From: Hydrolagus affinis | Taxonomy: Eukaryota | Length of the DNA stretch: 64,000 bases | NCBI GenBank assembly: GCA_012026655.1 | Contig: JAAILG010000040.1 | Span: 1 to 64,000 of the forward strand | Direction of reading: 5' to 3' | Shown here: piece by piece, positions 60,601 to 64,000 of the stretch | How the letters are laid out: every line of letters starts with the position of its first letter | How positions within the stretch are numbered: position 1 is the stretch's first letter | The notes under the pieces: generated by a model | The model's database searches: none | Seen by the model: only the letters and a program-made list of their open reading frames with translations | What the model was told of the DNA's origin: nothing | Program-made: the position numbers and the translations under genes

Positions 60601-62877
60601 AGCAAATACTTTGCTTTGTCCTGACGTGCCATAAATCACTGCGATATCAATGCCAAAGCAGCTTGATGTGACAATCAGTTCTCTTCACTTTGACGGTTGG
60701 TAGCGCTTGGGAGTCATTGCCACAAGTGTCAATTCAGCATCGATCAAGTAAATAACAATTCTGTTAAAGTCTTGCATTTGATATAGTGCCTTATATCAGG
60801 TCTTCACAACATTACAAACCACTTCTCAGAATATACTGTTCAGTGAATAGACTATATTTTATGGGTTAATCATTCAAAAGGGAATTGGATAAACACCTGG
60901 GCAGCAAAAATATATTGAAGGATATGGGGAAAGAGTAATTTCTGTGCTGCAAATCTCCATATTTCTCAATCTTAAAACACTTTAACCCTTGTTCTCACAA
61001 TCACTAAGAAGAAGTACATTATAGAAAGCAGAGAGTCAGAGTGAAAACGATTTCACAATGTAAAGCACTGGTTCTACTCTGTTGTCAGCCAAGCAAATCA
61101 GGTGTTAAAAAGTTATGAAAGAACATTTATGCTGATATGGTAAGGATTAGTGGGGAGGTTGATGTAGTGCAGTTTTGGTAGAGCAAGAGGGGTTAGGTTG
61201 ATAGTAGCTCCTTTCACACCAGAAGGATACCTTAAAGCACTTCATAGGATTTATTGTAAAGTGTAGTGACTGTTTTTTGTAGGCTTTACGCTGTTGGGAT
61301 TTCAGGTCTCTAGTTGGTACAGGATTCTTTCATTCTCTCTCTAATACCTAATAGCCTCTGGGTATTGTTTTATTTGTCAGGATCTTGTCTAGTTCCTTTG
61401 TAAAACCAATTGTAATTTCTCATTCCAGTAGTTTTGTATAACTTTCTTTGACTGGAATAATGACCTCCTGAATTCTCAGTTTGAAGCTAACACTCTTTAT
61501 TCTTGACTTCCAAGCCTATTTTTGGAGCTGCAGTCATGTTTCTTGCATGTAATAGCATTCTGGCCAAGCACTCAATGTTGACTCATCCCTGTATAATTTT
61601 ACTGTGTTTGATCAATGGACAGCACAATTTCTAATCACTGTATCCAAATGAAGCCGGCACTCAAGTGCATTAGTGATGAAGTGTATTCAATATGAGCAGT
61701 CATAATACCACATTCTGGATAGTCCGTTTTGGTCACATATCTCTGGCAGCTTATAGCAGGCCTATGTAAACATTTTTAATGAGTACTAAAGGAACTCTAA
61801 ACTTCAAGCCAGCATGATGTGCACTCGAGAATTTTATTGGAATAAATTACGTTTGCCGCAGTCCGGTTACAGTTTATGAGGTTCATTATCAGCCAGTGAA
61901 ATTGGTTAACTATCGAAAAGGGCTGCTGTTAAAAGCACTGCATTCCCAGTTAATACTGTAGTTGTATAAAACAGGATACACTCAATTTTCTTTACTTCTT
62001 TCCGCGATCAACACAGCGACGCTGTCAATCCTGTGGAATGATATGATTTTCCACTTGTCAGCTAATGTCAAAACTCAGGCACAGAACAGCACCACCTGGT
62101 GCACCACAGTAAGTGTTTCCATTTCTCAGATTAATTATAATAATAATCCTCGCCTTTGATAAAGTGCCGGTAATGTCGTTATGTCTCAAAATGATTACTG
62201 TCAAGTGTAATGACTGTAGGTGTACAGTCATTAATTACACTTTGACTTTTACAGCCATTTACTGTTCAGCAGCAACTGTGTTCATCCAAAATATACACAC
62301 CAAAAAACAAGAATAAACGGGAGACAGCTTCCACAAAATAACAAATGCCAAAACAGCGCTCTCCCCTCGCTAGGAATGGGCTATTAATCCATGTCCCAAA
62401 TTGGGTATGAATAGACAACGTTCTTACGCAGAAGCAAAAGTGCTACCAACTGAAGCAAGTTGATATCATGTCATTTTTATGTTCTTAAGGAGATTACTGA
62501 TGTAATGGCATTCGATAATGAATCAAATTCACTTGATACTAAATATTCAGGTTCCTTTTCTCTTTTGGACTCCGATCTCCTCACTCCCTCTCCTCTAAAA
62601 ACGCTTAAATCTTTGATTTCCCTGCTCGGCATCCACCACTACATTTGTCAAGAGTTTTGAGACGTTCTACATTAATGACTCTATCTAAATGCAAGTTGAT
62701 GTTGATTTATGGGCAGTGTTGTGTTGGGACAAATACTTTACTGGAAAGAAACCAAGTTCAGGTAATCAAAACTGGTTTCAGCTTCTTTACACTCAATGGA
62801 GGGAAGATAATCTTATGCTGTCAATTCACACTGGTGCTCCGGGACTATTCATGTGAGGTTGGCTTTTGAGTAGGGCT

Positions 62878-63243
62878 ACTAATAATAACAATCCTTGCAT
62901 TTGATACTACACCTCATCACATCTTCGAGATGTCTCAAAATGCTTCACAGAATATACTGTAAAGTGAACTGATTATATTTTGTGGGCGAAACACAGCAGC
63001 CGATTGTGCGCAGCAGTGACCCACAAACAGTGGTGGATTAGAAAAACTCATTTTTATTTTAAGTAATTATTACTCCCGTTAAAGCGATCCGTCAATCGAC
63101 TAACAACCGGGTTTGTATTTACTGCCAGGTAAACAGAGGCGTGTGGAGTAAGGAAACTTCCCCCAACACTTCGCTCTGCTGGGTATCGAACCCAGGTCTC
63201 TCGCTTATGAGGCGAGTGCTGTAACCACTGAGCTACAAGACTA
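62878..63243 (-). mobile_element. Full-length long-subfamily tRNA-derived SINE
   Basis: Minus strand: cttgtagctcagtggttacagcactcgcc..gggttcgatacc..ccacacgcctctgtttacctggcagtaaatac..gtcgattgacggatcgc..tail. Confidence 0.87.
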
Positions 63244-64000
63244 AACTGTAGCGCTTGGTGTGTCCACCGAGTAAAGAAAATAACCCTTGGCACTTCCTGG
63301 CCACTTGTACTCATCCTGAAATGCACATAAATTCATTCCCAAAAAACGTGGGATTTCTTCAGACTAATTAAAGGGTTCGGTGGATTCTTTCTGGTTTCAG
63401 CTGTTCCTCTATATTTCTCTCGGTACAGTATTTAGCTTCTATCAGCAATTTACGTTCAGATGACTAAAGTAGGTTACATGGTCATTGCACAAAAATGCTC
63501 ATGCACAAACACGTGACAACATTTCTCAAAATATGTTGTGCCGGCCAGCATTCCGGCAATTCGGGCTCCGCGTTTCTTAATGAGGAAATCTGTTAAACAC
63601 TGCAAAATAGCGGAAACTTCTTTCCGCTCGGTTGAAGCTCGCGGAAGCACATTCGCTCGATGATGGGGTTCAGACCAAAAGAAGAGGCTGCTGATTGTAC
63701 AAGGGTATTTACAGTGTCTGGTTCCCTCCGTGTTTTTTTTTCTGACACTGAACTTTTATTTTCTGTTGTGGATAAGCAATATCTGAGACCAGCAACTTGA
63801 CGGTCACTCCATCCATGTTGTGGAAGATGTTGCATGTGAAAAGTACAGCACACACAAGCACCAGTCTTCTGGATGTCTAAAAATGGTTAAACGTGTGTAT
63901 TGAATGCAATCAAGTACTGTACTTTGAAACACAATTACCATCATTATTCCACATGTTTCAGTTATTGGCTAACGCAAAAAAAACACAGTGGGGGATAACA

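Noticed and set aside
1-64000. CRISPR array, prokaryotic operon or defence system
   Set aside because: The sequence is intron-rich vertebrate DNA; its repeats are dispersed retroelements, not regularly spaced repeat-spacer units.
1-64000. REST/NRSE silencer as in L1CAM
   Set aside because: The CAGCACC half-sites I saw (e.g. ~5163, ~46805, ~60009, ~62087) lack a properly spaced GGACAG half-site.

Overview
AT-rich vertebrate genomic DNA. The repeat content (tRNA-headed CORE/Deu-type SINEs, L2 and CR1 LINEs, a Penelope-derived hairpin element) points to a cartilaginous fish, probably a holocephalan; this is an inference. The only well-supported gene is the 3' part of an L1-family neural cell adhesion molecule on the minus strand, best matching CHL1. 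Exons read by hand: 51831-52010 (FN3-4 second half), 41087-41200 and 40553-40714 (a complete fifth FN3), 39159-39290 (TM), 34582-34654, a 12-nt RSLE microexon at 29257-29268, and the terminal coding exon 27202-27421, followed by a roughly 3 kb repeat-free putative 3' UTR. Candidate cassette exons lie at 42940-43011 (Ser/Thr/Pro-rich) and 44748-44777. Highlights: (1) this CHL1-like gene keeps YRSLE, FIGQY and a full FN5, which mammalian CHL1 lacks; (2) the microexon is the exact reverse complement of the downstream 3' splice site, and its inclusion creates a GNRA-tetraloop hairpin; (3) a hairpin element with a 13-bp TSD and a degenerate hammerhead ribozyme sits in the intron upstream of the microexon; (4) inverted SINEs bracket the 73-nt exon. 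Positions 1-24000 appear intergenic. Almost all ORFs in the supplied track are spurious or repeat-derived.
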